A stretch of DNA of 64,000 nucleotides from a virus. Under the pieces are notes generated by a model. The model was not told where the DNA came from. It ran no database searches and was given only the letters and a program-made list of their open reading frames with translations. Position 1 is the first letter of the stretch; every line of letters starts with the position of its first letter. Shown in pieces: positions 20,001 through 28,527 of this stretch. The translations under genes were made by a program, and so were the position numbers. The stretch is taken from positions 1 to 64,000 of the IMG/VR virus record IMGVR_UViG_3300042934_000619; one strand, given 5' to 3'.

Positions 20001-20278
20001 TGCCAGCCGCGCTCTGCGTAGGCGAGTGCCCAGTCGACCATCCGGGTGCCCTGGTAGGGGCCGAGGAGGAAGGTGCCATCGCCGTCGAGCCAGCCGGTTG
20101 CACCGGGGGCGGCCGAACGGGTCAGCGGGATGCGCGGGTTGACGGATTCCTGGGTGAGGTTGACACGCTCTCCCGGCTCCGTGCTAACGTCATCCTGCGA
20201 GTTGACAGAAGTCGACTCCGCACCTGAAGCTGGCGGGTTTACCTCGTCAGAAGAAGAGAACGAGTCAACATCCGTCAT
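17072..20278 (-). CDS. bifunctional primase-polymerase (Prim-Pol) fused to a C-terminal P-loop helicase
   Basis: ALAYAERGWHVF, NIGI, VDVD, TASGGWHWIF (Prim-Pol); GGRNETL (PriCT-like); GTGKT Walker A and FDN; RBS GGAGG before ATG at 20278. Confidence 0.9.
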   Translation of the reverse strand: MTDVDSFSSSDEVNPPASGAESTSVNSQDDVSTEPGERVNLTQESVNPRIPLTRSAAPGATGWLDGDGTFLLGPYQGTRMVDWALAYAERGWHVFQMRPGTKGFFANCPRCREGGDRYEADAHTSGKDSCTAHPEGYGKCHGLWSATRNPDVIRQWWTDNPHANIGINCGMSGIACVDVDIKHHQGKYGDRSIQSLEATYEPFPLGPRAVTASGGWHWIFALPDGHELRSSTGSTDAKGRKHGLADHVDIKAVGGLMVATPSLVYDDTKGEVTGQYQWDPTGGQTIPDLPTWVVGEIEKREARPKPAPSVALPFGPRPDADRDEVLTRVNELADEVASAGQGGRNETLLRNARMAFQYAEAGQIPHREVEFIFEQASRVCGLDDSEIPRTITNARNYATGKPRAWAARIKPEQAQAQYDQWKNVPAPRPAPDVQVEQVEQDARPTPEPEQEVEEEFESRDAFAERMNRIDDPNVRKNEARRRVKQLAHKGAGEEERQEERDFLKATCKLTAGDFKSLYATAHRDATRATPDGSDGRPVYVMGDELREYSNLVELIENGVFPETYVRDGKLVHVQPVSGVRVAKGKINTSTYQAKDITPPTLRRLVATYTIPYRQTEKGTDSPLPTRALCESILDNPEWDGVDTLHGLIDAPFVRADGTICQDHGFDRATGMWLALPSGYVPVPDNPTGEDVKSALDLLMNQVLRDFPFASTADRANAVGMLFTPMIRNITNCPVPLQLISAHTAGTGKTLLAQLATAAHGGGDYTFPRNSDEELRKTVTSILMDQASPVVNFDNIATGSTIDSPALAALLTMEVWKDRVLGGNTTVTLPNDKMWIATGNNLKVNTDISTRTVLIQLDAGTENPDERPVESFCLGDMLQWIGEAENRAALVRSLLILIRSWAAAGMPKGNQTMRTFTPWAQAVGGLLAHHGIHDFLGNREAVKDTDEDKQQDALFLQKWTELVGDEWLSASDLITKYQTMDQARYTTFTGGIGMDQWQGSFPVRQNGRPYSAVGFGKWLGARKDTPRHGFVLRWRKNPTTNSSEWRAERLEQAGESAPEQQGFFEPHRT

Positions 20279-20549
20279 CGCGCGACCTCCACGGTCGTAG
20301 TGGTGGTGCACGAACCCGTCACTGAGGTGGCGACAGTGGAGGTGGAGCAGTAAGGGCGATACCGTAGACGCATCAGCGCAATTCCCGCTTCTGTTCGGGA
20401 GTGAGGATCCGAGCCGCAAACTCGGAGTCTCGATCATAGCTCCTGATGGGGTTGCGCTTTCAAGGGGCGGCCATGAGACCTTCGGGCAGGCCGCCCCTTT
20501 CGCATGGGCGGGGGAGGGTCCCCGCCCTGGGGTACCGGAAAGGGTGGAC

Positions 20550-20807
20550 ATGGCAGTTGATCTGAAGTATGGGCGCGTCAGCCTGGAGAACGCGGACATC
20601 GGCGAGGACGAGCCGGTGGTGGTGTTCCGTGCGAAGGACGAGCTGGCGGTGAAGGTGCTGGAGTTCTACGGGGAGCTGTGCCGGGAGTCCGGTTCGCCGG
20701 AGCGGCACCTGAACCGGCTGGACGAGAACGTCCGCCGGTTCGTCGCCTGGCAGGCGGAGAACGACACGCAGACTCCGGGGACGTCGCCGTTCTCGCAGTC
20801 CGTGTGA
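20550..20807 (+). CDS. conserved phage hypothetical protein
   Basis: DEPVVVFRAKD..A...L..Y motif. Confidence 0.75.
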   Translation: MAVDLKYGRVSLENADIGEDEPVVVFRAKDELAVKVLEFYGELCRESGSPERHLNRLDENVRRFVAWQAENDTQTPGTSPFSQSV

Positions 20808-20910
20808 TGTGAGGGGCGGCCGTGAATCCCGAGTCGGGTGGGCCGCCCCTTCTGTTTGTCCTAACACCGGGCATTTTGTCCGTATATGAGAGGAAGAAGA
20901 AGGAGGCAAG

Positions 20911-21122
20911 ATGTTCGAGAGCTTTGGGTTCTGGGTGATCGCTGCCTACCTGTTCGGTGCGGTCGTGATGACGGTGGGGCTGATGCACTGGATTCGGACG
21001 AACCCGTGGATGCGGACGACCTCGGCTTCTACAAGGCGCTCTGCGTGCTGATCGTGGTGTTCTGGCCCGCCGTGCCGGTAGCGCTGCCGGTGTTCCGTGC
21101 GATCACCCGCCGGGTCAGCTGA
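20911..21122 (+). pseudogene. two-TM membrane protein gene with apparent frameshift near 21003
   Basis: RBS AAGGAGG; N-terminal TM in one frame, second TM ending ..VFWP.. in another. Confidence 0.55.
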
Positions 21123-21264
21123 GTGACGAGGCGCGGTACCGTCATGAGCTGGCGTTCCTGACGGAGTTGACCGAGCAGCGACGCCGCTGACAAGCAGGGC
21201 GAACAGACTTCCCGGCCCGGAAGGGGTCGGGGATGGAGAAAGATGAACGAGAAGGAGAAGAGAC

Positions 21265-21482
21265 ATGTCCGAAGAGCTGCCTCCGCAGGGTCCGCAGCAG
21301 CAGCCTCAGCCCACCCCTCCGCAGGGACCGCAGTCCCCTCCGCAGGGACCGCAGGGGCCCCAGCAGCAGCCCGGTCAGCGATGACTGAACTGCCTCCGCA
21401 GGGACCGCAGTTCCGGGAGGATCAGCAGTGCCAGAGTGAAGAGGATCCGGCGCCGGTCGAGGAGACCGGGCAGGACGACTGA
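21265..21482 (+). CDS. two coupled PPQGPQ-repeat micro-ORFs (21265..21384 and 21381..21482)
   Basis: RBS GAAGGAG; CCTCCGCAGGG(T/A)CCGCAG x4; ATGA overlap. Confidence 0.55.
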
Positions 21483-21537
21483 CTGACGGTGTGGGGCATC
21501 GGCTTCGGCCGGTGCCCCACGGGAAGGGGTGGTGCGG

Positions 21538-21852
21538 ATGAGCGGCGGGAACGCGTGCAAGGTCAAGGCGCACCGTCCGTTCTGGGTGGTGCTTCAGCGC
21601 AACCACAACACATCCGCTTTCAACGGGTACCGGCGGACCCCGTCCGAGTACTCGGAGGTGTGGTGCACGGTCGGCGGATGCTCTTCGGTGTGGCGTACGA
21701 AGGCGGCGTACGTGGGCGAGCTGCCCGACGTGTGCCGGGGGTGCGGTGTGACTTCCGGTACGGGGTGCCGGATCTGCCGACGTGCGCTGTGTGCGTCGTG
21801 CATGACGGACCATCACCACGAGGGCTATGGCACACCGGCCGAGTCCTGGTAG
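21538..21852 (+). CDS. Cys-rich Zn-finger protein
   Basis: SAFNG....S.YS...C...C...WRTKA plus several CxxC. Confidence 0.7.
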   Translation: MSGGNACKVKAHRPFWVVLQRNHNTSAFNGYRRTPSEYSEVWCTVGGCSSVWRTKAAYVGELPDVCRGCGVTSGTGCRICRRALCASCMTDHHHEGYGTPAESW

Positions 21853-22075
21853 AGGGAGGCAGCAATGCCGAAGGATGGCAGCAATGACGAGCAGGCGCGG
21901 GCGGCGATCGGTCAAGCCGTGATCAAGATCGTCGAGGCGGAGAGATGGCTGGAGGACGCAGCCGCCCTGTCCCCGGCGGCCGAGGATGAACTGCTGCGCT
22001 TGCGGTGCGCTCTGCACCAGACCCGCATCGACGTGCTCGATGCGAGGGATCTGCTGGAGAAGGGGGAGAGCTGAC

Positions 22076-22324
22076 ATGCCGAAGGTGGAGATCGAGGTCC
22101 GGCGTACCGTCGAGACCACGCGCGAGGAGTCCATCATCGTCGAGGTGGACGTGCCGTCGCACATCCTGGACCTGGCGGACGACGAGGAGCTGCACGACTG
22201 GGTCGTGCAGCAGTCGAAGTACAAGAGCAGCGAGGTGACCCGGGCGTTCACCGGCGCGTGGGACGTGCTCGACAACCGGGACGACGTGACGTACGACGAG
22301 GTCATGCTGCTCGACGAGAGCTGA
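22076..22324 (+). CDS. hypothetical acidic protein
   Basis: High GC3, RBS GGGGAG. Confidence 0.75.
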   Translation: MPKVEIEVRRTVETTREESIIVEVDVPSHILDLADDEELHDWVVQQSKYKSSEVTRAFTGAWDVLDNRDDVTYDEVMLLDES

Positions 22325-22350
22325 CAAGACACTGGAAGGAGACGGCAGAC

Positions 22351-22653
22351 ATGAAGCTGACCGACAAGGACTGGGATCTGTCCATGTTCCTGAGCAGGCG
22401 CGGCAAGGCGGACGGGGAGGGGCGCACGCTGCGCAGTCTGCTGGTCCACCGGCTCCGGCTCGGTGAGAAGGCGGTGCTGCGAGTGCCGCTGTCCGAGAAC
22501 GTCAAGCGGATCAACAAGCGGCAGAGCATCTACTGCGAGCCGTGCGGGCAGTGGTTCCCCGTTGACCGGGGCGGCGAGCAGTTCGACTGCCCGGAGTGCG
22601 AGCGGATGTACGTGATGGAGTTCGCCGTGTTCGCCGAGGTGACCGGCGAGTAG
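22351..22653 (+). CDS. Zn-ribbon protein
   Basis: CEPC and CPEC. Confidence 0.75.
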   Translation: MKLTDKDWDLSMFLSRRGKADGEGRTLRSLLVHRLRLGEKAVLRVPLSENVKRINKRQSIYCEPCGQWFPVDRGGEQFDCPECERMYVMEFAVFAEVTGE

Positions 22654-23084
22654 AGAAGGAGACAGGTACATGACAGACCCGCGCATGGATGTGCTGGAGA
22701 TCCTGAAGCGGATCGCCATCCTCCTGGAGATCCCGGTCCGGGAGGGCCGGGACACCTTCGGTCAGAAGTTCCTGGACATCGACACCAGGGGGCTTCAGTA
22801 CCTGCACGAAGTGTCCGTGGACAGGGGGCACGTGGAGGTGGCGGAGTACATCCGTCAGATGCTGGCCCGTGGTGAGCAGAGGGAGATGGAGACATGAAGA
22901 GTTACGTGACGATCCGGCCGAACAGTCTGACCAACCCGTCGGACGACTACCTGGTGGTGGAGTACGGCCACTGGTCGGCCTTCCGCAACGGTGAGGTGTC
23001 CCGGCTGGTCCCGAAGTCCACGCACGCCGATGCGGCCGACGCGCACAACGCTGCGGTCGAGCTGAACCGGGACGTGGTGCTGGG

Positions 23085-23429
23085 GTGAGCGACGGCCGGG
23101 TGCAGTGGAAGAGGGAGCTGTCCGCCGATGACGTCCGGCTCCTCGTGAAGTGGTTCGTTGAGACGTATGCGCAGGGGAGCACCCCCATCATCTGGACGCC
23201 CAGCGCGGCCGAGGAGCTGTACCAGAAGATCGAGGGCTGGAAGAGGAGCGTGGACGCCGCCGACCCGGAGCCCGAGGTGGGTGATGAGGTGATCTTCCCG
23301 GACTGGGTCGCGGTGATCGACAGTGCCGACGATGACGGGATTCATCTGGCCAGCGGCGGGTGGGTCTCCCAGGGGCGGCTGAATCCGGCCGGTCCGGGGC
23401 GCTGGCGCTTCGTTGGAGGTGGTAGGTGA
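23085..23429 (+). CDS. hypothetical protein
   Basis: GTGA overlap. Confidence 0.7.
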   Translation: MSDGRVQWKRELSADDVRLLVKWFVETYAQGSTPIIWTPSAAEELYQKIEGWKRSVDAADPEPEVGDEVIFPDWVAVIDSADDDGIHLASGGWVSQGRLNPAGPGRWRFVGGGR

Positions 23430-23833
23430 TGGGTACCAACTACTACATCAGGACCCCGGGGTGTGAGAACGGCTGTTCGCACTGTACCGAGGCGGAGCTG
23501 ATCCATCTCGGCAAGTCGTCGGCAGGGTGGAGGTTCGGGTTCTACATCCCTCCGGACTGTCCTCGGGAGGCGGCGTACGAGGCGTGGACCGTCCGGCTCG
23601 AAGCGCATCTGCGGCTTGGTGGTCACATCGAGGACGAGTACGGGGTGCGGGTCACCAAGGAGGAGCTGCTCGACCTGATCGAGTCCAAGCAGCACCTGCG
23701 CAGTCACCTCAACCCGCTCCCGGATGAGCGCCGGTCGTGGAGGGAGCGAGGCATGTCGGATCTGTACCGCAGCCTGATGAAGTCGCACTTCCTCAGCGAC
23801 GGCTACGACTTCAGCGACAGGGAGTTCAGCTGA
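23429..23833 (+). CDS. conserved phage hypothetical protein
   Basis: MGTNYY...HLGKSS.GW.F...DEYG...FS motif. Confidence 0.85.
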   Translation: MGTNYYIRTPGCENGCSHCTEAELIHLGKSSAGWRFGFYIPPDCPREAAYEAWTVRLEAHLRLGGHIEDEYGVRVTKEELLDLIESKQHLRSHLNPLPDERRSWRERGMSDLYRSLMKSHFLSDGYDFSDREFS

Positions 23834-24120
23834 TGGCCAGGCGTAAGCAGGCCGACGGCGAGCGGTACATCGAGGCGGACAACGGCTTCGGATGGACCCG
23901 CTGCTCGGACAACGGGAACTACCAGACCACAGTCTTCGGTGTCACCTACGAGCTGGAGAGGCGTGGCGGCACGCAGGAGGACTTCGGCTGGTACCTGTAC
24001 ACGATCAAGGGCAGCACGTACTTCTTCGGGGAGTACTGCGCCCGCAACCTGTTGCCCGCTATCGACGAGGCCAGTGAGCTGATCGCGAAGACGGACCTGC
24101 GGGGCAAGGGCTACGAGTAG
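23833..24120 (+). CDS. hypothetical protein
   Basis: TGATG coupling. Confidence 0.7.
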   Translation: MARRKQADGERYIEADNGFGWTRCSDNGNYQTTVFGVTYELERRGGTQEDFGWYLYTIKGSTYFFGEYCARNLLPAIDEASELIAKTDLRGKGYE

Positions 24121-24124
24121 CAAC

Positions 24125-24168
24125 TACACAACGTACCGGCGTCCTTCGGGGCGCCGGTACGTTGTGTA
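24125..24168. terminator. 20-bp hairpin with TTCG loop
   Basis: TACACAACGTACCGGCGTCC-TTCG-GGGCGCCGGTACGTTGTGTA. Confidence 0.65.
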
Positions 24169-24188
24169 TTGCAGACACGTGGAAGGAG

Positions 24189-24680
24189 ATGAGTGTGCCC
24201 AAGGGAACCCCGCTGGACCTGGTCGGGCAGCGGTTCGGTGCGTGGACCGTGCTTGAGCGGTCCGGGAGGAAAGGCAACCAGACGACCTGGCGGTGCCGGT
24301 GCGACTGCGGAACGGAGCGCCCGGTTCTGGCAGGCAACCTGCGATCCGGAAGGTCGACTCGCTGCATAGGGTGCTCCAACCGAGCCCGTGCCGTAGAGAA
24401 GGCCGCCGGACGCCCTGTTGTTCGACCCAAGCCGGTGAAGCCGCCGATGCCCAAGGGCCCTGTGCCGGAGGATCTGAACGGCCGGAAGTTCGGCGAGTGG
24501 ACGGTGCTGTACTACGTCGGCCCGACGCCGTCGCGGCAGCATCTGTGGAAGTGCGAGTGCTCCTGCGGGAGCAAGGTCACGGTGCAGGCAGGCAACCTGC
24601 GCTCGGGTCGTTCGACGCGCTGCAAGTCCTGCGGTGCGAGGCGACGGAGCGAAACGCGATGGAGAGCGAAGGAGACATGA
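24189..24680 (+). CDS. tandem Zn-binding domains of the type found N-terminally in HNH/AP2 homing endonucleases
   Basis: Two copies of DL.G..FG.WTVL...W.C.C.CG....V.AGNLRSGRSTRC..C. Confidence 0.8.
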   Translation: MSVPKGTPLDLVGQRFGAWTVLERSGRKGNQTTWRCRCDCGTERPVLAGNLRSGRSTRCIGCSNRARAVEKAAGRPVVRPKPVKPPMPKGPVPEDLNGRKFGEWTVLYYVGPTPSRQHLWKCECSCGSKVTVQAGNLRSGRSTRCKSCGARRRSETRWRAKET

Positions 24681-24681
24681 T

Positions 24682-24930
24682 ATGAGGGAGGGTGTCGAAC
24701 CCCTGTACCTGGTTCTCGGACAGGCCATGGCCGAGCTGAGGCGGCAGAGGGGAATGACGCAGAGGGAAGTGGCGCAACGGATGGGCGTGCATTACACCAC
24801 CGTCGCGCACTACGAGATGGCCAACAACCGCATGCTCCTGCACTCCTTCATCGAGTGGTGTCGCATCGTCGATGTGGATCCCCTGCACGTGCTGCACTGG
24901 GTCATGGCGGAGGAGGAGGGCGCAGAGTGA
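24682..24930 (+). CDS. XRE-family HTH regulator
   Basis: LRRQRGMTQREVAQRMGV...V..YE. Confidence 0.9.
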   Translation: MREGVEPLYLVLGQAMAELRRQRGMTQREVAQRMGVHYTTVAHYEMANNRMLLHSFIEWCRIVDVDPLHVLHWVMAEEEGAE

Positions 24931-25601
24931 AGGTCCTGTTGTCCGGGGTCGTGGGGTCCACGGCCTACGGTCTGGCGCACGAGGGTTCGGACATTGACCG
25001 GCTCGGCGTGTTCGCCGCCCGGACCCGTGCGTTCCACGGGCTGAGCAAGCCGCAGGAGTCCATCGTCGAGACGGACCCCGACATCACGGTGCATGAGGCG
25101 GGCAAGTTCTGCCGCCTCGCGCTGAACGGCAACCCCACGGTGATGGAGCTGCTGTGGCTGGAAGGGTACGAGACGCTCACCCCGCTGGGGCAGGAGCTGA
25201 TCGACATTCGGTCGGCGTTCCTGTCGGCAACTCGGGTGCGCAATGCTTACCTCGGCTATGCCACCCAGCAGCTGACCCGGCTGGAGGATCTGAGCGACGT
25301 GCATCTGTCGAGTCGCAAGGCGAAGCACGCCCGGCACATGTACCGGCTGCTGATGCAGGGGCTGTGCCTGTGGACCAGGGGTGAGCTGCCGATCAAGCTG
25401 GAGAACCCGGATGTCGTGTTCTCGTTCGGTTCGAGGGTGGCTCTCGGCGACCTGAACCACGCCCGGCTGCTCCTCCTTCAGTTCGAGCACACCTTCAACA
25501 GCGTTCCCACAGTGCTGCCCGACCGGCCCGACGAGAGGGTGGTGGAGGAGTGGCTGCACCGGGTGCGTGACGAGTTCTACGAACGGAAGGAGACGAGGTG
25601 A
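24927..25601 (+). CDS. RlaP-like Pol-beta nucleotidyltransferase
   Basis: GS.AYGL....SD.D..GVF, HE..KF..L...NP...E.L, K.A.H..RLL. Confidence 0.85.
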   Translation: MKVLLSGVVGSTAYGLAHEGSDIDRLGVFAARTRAFHGLSKPQESIVETDPDITVHEAGKFCRLALNGNPTVMELLWLEGYETLTPLGQELIDIRSAFLSATRVRNAYLGYATQQLTRLEDLSDVHLSSRKAKHARHMYRLLMQGLCLWTRGELPIKLENPDVVFSFGSRVALGDLNHARLLLLQFEHTFNSVPTVLPDRPDERVVEEWLHRVRDEFYERKETR

Positions 25602-25602
25602 C

Positions 25603-25866
25603 ATGGAAGAGTTGTCCGGCCCGAAGCAGAAGGAAGTGATCGGGCGAATACTGAGGGTCGCGCATCCGGAGATCAAGTCGATGCTTCGGGCAGCCCATGA
25701 TCAGGGGTTCGTGGTGTCGAAGACACGGAACGGCCACTACAAGATCGAGACTCCTCCGCACTGGCGGGAGAAGGACTCGCGGTTCGCGCCGGGCACGCCG
25801 AGCGATACGCGCGGGTTGCACCGGGTGCGGGCGAAGCTGAGGCGGCTCGGGGTCGAGTTGCCCTGA
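25603..25866 (+). CDS. HicA-like protein
   Basis: QGF.V..TRNGHYK...TPSD.R.......LRRLG. Confidence 0.65.
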   Translation: MEELSGPKQKEVIGRILRVAHPEIKSMLRAAHDQGFVVSKTRNGHYKIETPPHWREKDSRFAPGTPSDTRGLHRVRAKLRRLGVELP

Positions 25867-25938
25867 CGGTGCGGTAGTTTGGCGGGGTGTCACTTCGGTG
25901 GCGCCCCGGGCTTATGTTCGGTGCAGGGAAGGAGACAG

Positions 25939-26205
25939 GTGACAAGAACGACGGAGTCGGACGTGTTGTACGCGGGGGCCCGCGCCTATCTGAAGGGTGC
26001 GCGGCTCAACCGGAATCTGACGCAGCTGGCGGTGGCCCGGCGCCTCGGTGTCAGGCAGCACACGGTCACGTACTACGAGCGTGGGGGTACCCGGCTGTCG
26101 CTGGATCTGTTCACTCGCTGGTGTGAGGTGCTGGGTCTGGTGCCGGGTGAGGTGCTGAGCGCGGTCGTCGCCAGCACGGCGCGGCAGCGCGAGAGGGAGA
26201 AATGA
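25939..26205 (+). CDS. XRE-family HTH regulator
   Basis: ARLNRNLTQLAVARRLGV.Q.TV..YERG. Confidence 0.88.
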   Translation: MTRTTESDVLYAGARAYLKGARLNRNLTQLAVARRLGVRQHTVTYYERGGTRLSLDLFTRWCEVLGLVPGEVLSAVVASTARQREREK

Positions 26206-26549
26206 GCAGGCGACAGTACGGTACCCGCTTCACGGCAGGGTGCGGGCACTCGTGGCGCAGGCGGTATCCGAAGTGGCACGTCCACAGCCTGGCGGATGTC
26301 GACACCGACTGTCCGTTCGTCGTGGACAAGGCGACAGGGGAGCGGTGCAACGCGCTGCTGTTCATCCCGGCCGAGCAATTCGAGGGCCTGGACCCGTGCG
26401 TCTACCCGGTTGAGGTGCACGCCCCGCTGTTCCACAAGTACCTGCACCAGCAGGACGAGAGCTGCCCCGAGGACGGCGCCGGGACCGGGTTCGTCGAGTT
26501 CGGCCTGGACGGCGACATGTACGTGATGCACGGGCGGCGGTTGAGCTGA
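26202..26549 (+). CDS. hypothetical protein
   Basis: ATGA overlap. Confidence 0.7.
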   Translation: MSRRQYGTRFTAGCGHSWRRRYPKWHVHSLADVDTDCPFVVDKATGERCNALLFIPAEQFEGLDPCVYPVEVHAPLFHKYLHQQDESCPEDGAGTGFVEFGLDGDMYVMHGRRLS

Positions 26550-26842
26550 TGAATCACCCCTCGGAGCGGAAGGACATCGCGCCGCTGACGGTGGCCGAGC
26601 TGTGGCTGGGCGGGAAGTCTCTTCTGGTCATCGCCACGCAGTTCGATGCCGCCCCGGAGACGATCCGTAAGCGTCTGCGCAAGGCGCGGGAGCTGTACCC
26701 GGATCTGCCGTGGGGCGAGCGGAAGGTGCGCCCGACGCGCAGCGCTGTCGCGGGGTACGTCAACATGAACGACGGTGTGCTGGGCCATCCCGGGTACCAG
26801 GCCGGATCGATCGTCGACGGCCGTGCCCGTCGGCGCTACTGA
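26549..26842 (+). CDS. putative HTH protein
   Basis: GKSLLVIATQFDAAPETIRKRLRKAR. Confidence 0.6.
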   Translation: MNHPSERKDIAPLTVAELWLGGKSLLVIATQFDAAPETIRKRLRKARELYPDLPWGERKVRPTRSAVAGYVNMNDGVLGHPGYQAGSIVDGRARRRY

Positions 26843-26977
26843 CCGAAGGGGCCGGGCAGCCGGGTAAGGGGGAGCGGCACGGCATCGGGCTGATTGGGTG
26901 CCGTCGCCAAAGGTGCCGCTCCCCGCCCCTCACCTGATAGATATACCGACAGTAGGCAACGAAGGAGAAGGCAAGAG

Positions 26978-27496
26978 ATGAGCTACACCTACCCCGGACA
27001 CCAGGCGCCGCAGCCGGAGCCGCAGCACCGGCGGGGCATGAGCACCGGCAAGAAGATCGCGCTGTTCGGGTGCCTGCCCGCCACGCTGCTGGGGCTGCTG
27101 GTCGCCGGTGGCTGCGCCGTCGTGGGTGGTGCCGTGGTCGACAAGGCGGTGAAGGCGGACGAGTCCGACGACAAGCGTGCCGCCAAGGAGGACGTCACGC
27201 TGCTGTCCTGCAAGCTGGTGGACGAAGAGTTCGTCGGCAAGGACGTCAAGGCCAAGGTGAAGATCACCAACAACGGCAAGAAGCGGGCGAACTACCTGGT
27301 CGAGGGCGAGTTCCTCGACGACAAGGGCAACAAGGTCGACGCGCTGCTGGCCACGGTCGAGAACCTGGAGCCGGGCAAGTCCAGCACGCAGAACTTCGGC
27401 AATCTGTTCACCTCCGACCAGCTCGACGGCGTCGACAAGGGCGAGTGCAAGATCCTGGACGTCAGCCGCGACGAGTGGCTGGCCTCGAACAACTGA
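26978..27496 (+). CDS. membrane-anchored FxLYD-like Ig-fold protein
   Basis: N-terminal TM/lipobox-like GGC; ITN....ANY....EFLD..G......A....LEPG. Confidence 0.75.
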   Translation: MSYTYPGHQAPQPEPQHRRGMSTGKKIALFGCLPATLLGLLVAGGCAVVGGAVVDKAVKADESDDKRAAKEDVTLLSCKLVDEEFVGKDVKAKVKITNNGKKRANYLVEGEFLDDKGNKVDALLATVENLEPGKSSTQNFGNLFTSDQLDGVDKGECKILDVSRDEWLASNN

Positions 27497-27562
27497 CCTG
27501 CACAGACTGAGGGCATCCCCGCCCCCACGGGGGTGCCCTCTTCTCGTACCAGAAGGAGAGGC

Positions 27563-27967
27563 ATGCAGAACCTGAATGATGTTCCGTACTTCGAAGGGCG
27601 GGGCTTCCAGCGTGTGCCCGAGTTTTTCTTCGGTGAGGCCGTGAGGATGGTCATCGCCGAGGCCGGGCCGATGGGGAACGAGGAGGCGATGCGCATCGTC
27701 GAGGCGGTGTTCGGACCGCTGCGTCTGCTGTCGCCAGTCAACGAGGTGAGTGAGGAGTACTACAGCTCCACGTGCGGGCACCGGTACTTCCGCTACGAGG
27801 GTGGCTGGCGTCACTGCGTCAAGGAACATGACGCTCAGGACGGCGATCCCCATGCGCACCGGAACTACAGCGATGACGACGAGTGCGATGACGCTGTCGA
27901 GTACACGGAGTGGATGAGCAACAGCAACGACGACCGCGCGTTCGCTCCGAAGGAGTCCCGGCGATGA
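27563..27967 (+). CDS. hypothetical protein
   Basis: RBS AAGGAG. Confidence 0.75.
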   Translation: MQNLNDVPYFEGRGFQRVPEFFFGEAVRMVIAEAGPMGNEEAMRIVEAVFGPLRLLSPVNEVSEEYYSSTCGHRYFRYEGGWRHCVKEHDAQDGDPHAHRNYSDDDECDDAVEYTEWMSNSNDDRAFAPKESRR

Positions 27968-28154
27968 GTGACGACTACAAGTTCATCTGGGGCCTGATCC
28001 CGGTGTGCGGCCTGTTCCTGCTGATCCAGCAGGGCATGCACCTGACAAAGGCGCCCAGCCTGTGGCTGGCGGGTGCCATGTTCGCGGTGTACACCGCTGG
28101 CTTTCATGTGTGGACGGACCTGATCCGTCCCATCAGAGAGGGCGGCAAGGGGAC

Positions 28155-28520
28155 ATGAGAACGTTCAACGATTCCGGTCCCAAGCAGGCGGCGTTCCGGT
28201 TGGGCGGCTTGTACGATGTGGCACGCCGGATCAAGCGTCTGGGTGTGTCGAAGATTCGTGTTCGCCCCGAGCTGTTGGCAGTTCAGTTCTATGACCCGCG
28301 CATCGCTGCGGAGGTCACGCTGACGATCGAGCCGTGGTTCGATGGCCAGCCTGGTTGGTTCTGGTACAGCCACATCGATCTTCCTGGCGGCTTCATCATG
28401 GGGGCGATGGAGGTGGACCGGACGATCCTGGCGAGCCCGCGCGCGTGCTGGGTGGTGCGCGCGTATCAGGAGGATGCGCGGTGGCAACTGGGGCCGCTGC
28501 GCATCAAGCGACGTTCGTGA
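28155..28520 (+). CDS. hypothetical protein
   Basis: ATGA overlap. Confidence 0.65.
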   Translation: MRTFNDSGPKQAAFRLGGLYDVARRIKRLGVSKIRVRPELLAVQFYDPRIAAEVTLTIEPWFDGQPGWFWYSHIDLPGGFIMGAMEVDRTILASPRACWVVRAYQEDARWQLGPLRIKRRS

Positions 28521-28527
28521 TACAAAC

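Noticed and set aside
20279-20599. N-terminal extension of the primase ORF as given in the ORF track
   Set aside because: Overlaps the divergent intergenic region and the + strand gene at 20550; a GGAGG RBS supports ATG at 20278
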